The notes under the pieces are model-generated. The model saw only the letters and a list, made by a program, of their open reading frames with translations. It ran no database searches and was not told where the DNA came from. Shown piece after piece: positions 62,176 to 64,000 of a stretch of 64,000 bases of DNA (its first letter is position 1; every line of letters begins with the position of its first letter). The DNA lies in contig CAVVUN010000015.1 in assembly GCA_963751455.1 (NCBI GenBank), forward strand, positions 960,001-1,024,000. Direction: 5' to 3'. The stretch is from Nitrospirota bacterium. GTDB taxonomy: Bacteria > Nitrospirota > UBA9217. The position numbers were made by a program, and so were the translations under genes.

Positions 62176-62622
62176 CTATTTCAATACCTGGTCGACCCAC
62201 TTAACAAGATCTAATTTTTCTTTCGGCGCCCCATCCAGACGAGCTGTCTGAATACCGTTCTTAAACATGATGAACGTTGGAGTGGCCTTTACAGTGAAGC
62301 GCCGTGCGAGTTGGGGTTCAGCATCAATATCGATTTTAACCACTTTAAGTCGTCCGGCTCTCCATGAAGCAAGATCCTGCAAAACAGGCTCAACCATACG
62401 GCAGAAGCCGCACCATTTTGCCCAGAATTCCAGGAGAAGATTTTCCGGCCATTCATAAACCTCATGATCAAAAGAACCGGTTGTTCCGATTACCGGTGCC
62501 CGAGGATATTCCAGCTTCGCTTTACACTGAGCGCAGATCGGGTGGGCGCCTAACTTTTGGTAGGGCACACGGTTCAGCGTTCTGCATTCCTTGCATCTCA
62601 AAAGTATTGCTTGGTCTGTCAT
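62176..62622 (-). CDS. Thioredoxin with N-terminal Zn ribbon (TrxC-like)
   Basis: CKEC..LNR...CAQC plus WAKWCGFC active site. Confidence 0.88.
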   Translation of the reverse strand: MTDQAILLRCKECRTLNRVPYQKLGAHPICAQCKAKLEYPRAPVIGTTGSFDHEVYEWPENLLLEFWAKWCGFCRMVEPVLQDLASWRAGRLKVVKIDIDAEPQLARRFTVKATPTFIMFKNGIQTARLDGAPKEKLDLVKWVDQVLK

Positions 62623-62744
62623 GAAAGGCATCCCAATAAAAACAATCAAAAAACGGGGGTGTTTCGAAACTTATCCCTCTGTCTTTTATTTAAATGCCGG
62701 TACCGGCCCACACGGTACTGATAACATTATCTTCGGATATCGTT

Positions 62745-63146
62745 TTATGCCTGTGCGGTAACCACGATTTTTCTGGTTTTCGCAGTTTCCGCTTTCGGCA
62801 GAACCAGGCGTAAAACGCCATTTTTCATAGTGGCCTGAATTTTTTCCTTATCGACTTCGTCTGAAAGTGTAAAGGCGCGCTGATAGTCGCCGATGCCGTA
62901 TTCAGAATAGGCCAGCCGGTGTTTTTCGGGGATGTCCGGCTCGACGCGTCCATAGATGGTCAGTACATTTTTTTCGAGTGTTATGTCCAGGTTTTTATCA
63001 TCTACCCCAGGCAGATCTGCGGTAACGATGATGTCGTTTTTTCGCTCCAGGATATCGACGTCAGGGGTATAAACCTTATGCGGCCTGGTACGTTCTAAAC
63101 CCTGGGGTATCTCTGCCTCTTTTTTGATATCTTTGGCATCGTCCAT
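62745..63146 (-). CDS. Hsp20/alpha-crystallin family protein
   Basis: PDVDILE, ADLPGV, YQRAFTL, MKNGVLRLVLPK. Confidence 0.94.
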   Translation of the reverse strand: MDDAKDIKKEAEIPQGLERTRPHKVYTPDVDILERKNDIIVTADLPGVDDKNLDITLEKNVLTIYGRVEPDIPEKHRLAYSEYGIGDYQRAFTLSDEVDKEKIQATMKNGVLRLVLPKAETAKTRKIVVTAQA

Positions 63147-63160
63147 CTCGGGTCCTCCTC

Positions 63161-63592
63161 TTATTCGTTTTCGATGACTATCTTTTTCGGTTTTTCCGCC
63201 TCTGCTCTCGGCAAAGCAAGCTTTAGAACACCCTTGCTGAAGCGGGCGGACACTTTTTCCGAATCGATGCTATAGGGAAGATCGATTGTCCTGCTTGCCT
63301 GTCCGGACCATCGCTCTCGACGATGATACGATTCTCCATCTTGCGGCTGCTCGCTTGGCCGCTGCGCTTGAATACTGAGCGAGTTTCCGACCACGGATAT
63401 GTCGACCGTATTCGGCTCTATCCCGGGCAGTTCCATGGTCGCTACAAGGCTGTCTCCGTCAGACCACAGGTTAATTGCTGGGAATTCCAACGCTCGTGCC
63501 GGGACCATGTCGGAGGCCGCCTTGTTCAGCCGCTCCAAACTGCGCCAGGGATCAGGAATTGCTCCTAATCTGTTAAATTCCGTCCACAACAT
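63161..63592 (-). CDS. Hsp20/alpha-crystallin family protein
   Basis: FPAINLW, ELPGI, YHRRERWSG, GVLKLALPR. Confidence 0.94.
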   Translation of the reverse strand: MLWTEFNRLGAIPDPWRSLERLNKAASDMVPARALEFPAINLWSDGDSLVATMELPGIEPNTVDISVVGNSLSIQAQRPSEQPQDGESYHRRERWSGQASRTIDLPYSIDSEKVSARFSKGVLKLALPRAEAEKPKKIVIENE

Positions 63593-63614
63593 AAATGCCC
63601 TCCTTAGGATGAAT

Positions 63615-63641
63615 TTAGCACTCTTATTAGTAGAGTGCTAA
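63615..63641. promoter_or_regulatory. CIRCE element (HrcA operator) upstream of the hsp20 pair
   Basis: Perfect TTAGCACTC-N9-GAGTGCTAA, 22 nt upstream of the ATG at 63592. Confidence 0.97.
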
Positions 63642-63842
63642 ATGATAATTTACCAAAAAGAATTTAAAAGTCAAGAGGTATAATATGTAATTAATTCAAT
63701 ATGTTAAGCTTTTTAAGCAATAATTTTTCAATCGAACACAGATTTAAAATGTTTAGATAAGGCATTCCTTACCTATACAGATTTGTATTTTATTGTCTTT
63801 CGCAAAACTTGGTGGGTAATGCCTGGGTACCCGGTTATCCCT

Positions 63843-64000
63843 TTACCAGGCATAGGAAAGCGTGGCGCCGGAATACTGCCGGCGGTATCCCGAAGAACTT
63901 GCAAGTGCGGAATTGGAGTAGCCATAATCGAGGCCCAGAGACAAGTCACGGATAATAGTGCCCCATAACGAGATCTGAGCCAAAGAGGTGTTTGTCCGCT
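63843..64000 (-). CDS. 3' end of a probable outer-membrane beta-barrel protein (partial)
   Basis: Translated by hand: ...LSLGLDYGYSNSALASSSGYRRQYSGATLSYAW-stop; terminal Y-x-W beta-signal. Confidence 0.6.
   Translation of the reverse strand, partial: RTNTSLAQISLWGTIIRDLSLGLDYGYSNSALASSSGYRRQYSGATLSYAW

Noticed and set aside
1-64000. Autonomous mobile element, prophage or integrase at the tRNA cluster
   Set aside because: No transposase, integrase, reverse transcriptase or phage gene, and no duplicated tRNA 3' end, is visible in the window

Overview
Bacterial chromosomal window, mostly + strand, from a diderm organism. Nitrospirota or Desulfobacterota is plausible from gene content but not proven. 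Order: sdhA/sdhB (with a 310-bp tandem duplication across their junction), mdh, a propionyl-CoA-synthetase-like ligase, two gene remnants, a class III PHA cluster (SDR, four related small helical proteins, phaE, phaC, SDR, thiolase), a stand-alone LigD phosphoesterase, cysS, rlmB, five tRNAs, and the tuf-rpmG-secE-nusG-rplKAJL-rpoBC-str-S10-spc-alpha supercluster (two near-identical tuf copies; rplA and fusA each carry a 1-nt insertion, probably sequencing error). After that come a histidine kinase, a heme pseudokinase and an HD-GYP protein, a porin with a long structured leader, fchA-folD, a thioredoxin, two CIRCE-controlled Hsp20 genes and a partial OMP. Best leads: (1) pervasive nested palindromic intergenic elements built from 7-10-bp periodic arms, sitting between stop codons and the next RBS; (2) a ~275-nt multi-domain RNA leader upstream of the porin with five nested long-range pairings; (3) a tandem family of Trp-rich 11-mer-repeat candidate phasins; (4) a CxxCH-bearing histidine pseudokinase paired with an intact kinase and a c-di-GMP phosphodiesterase. 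All pairings and motif matches were read by eye; no searches or folding were run.
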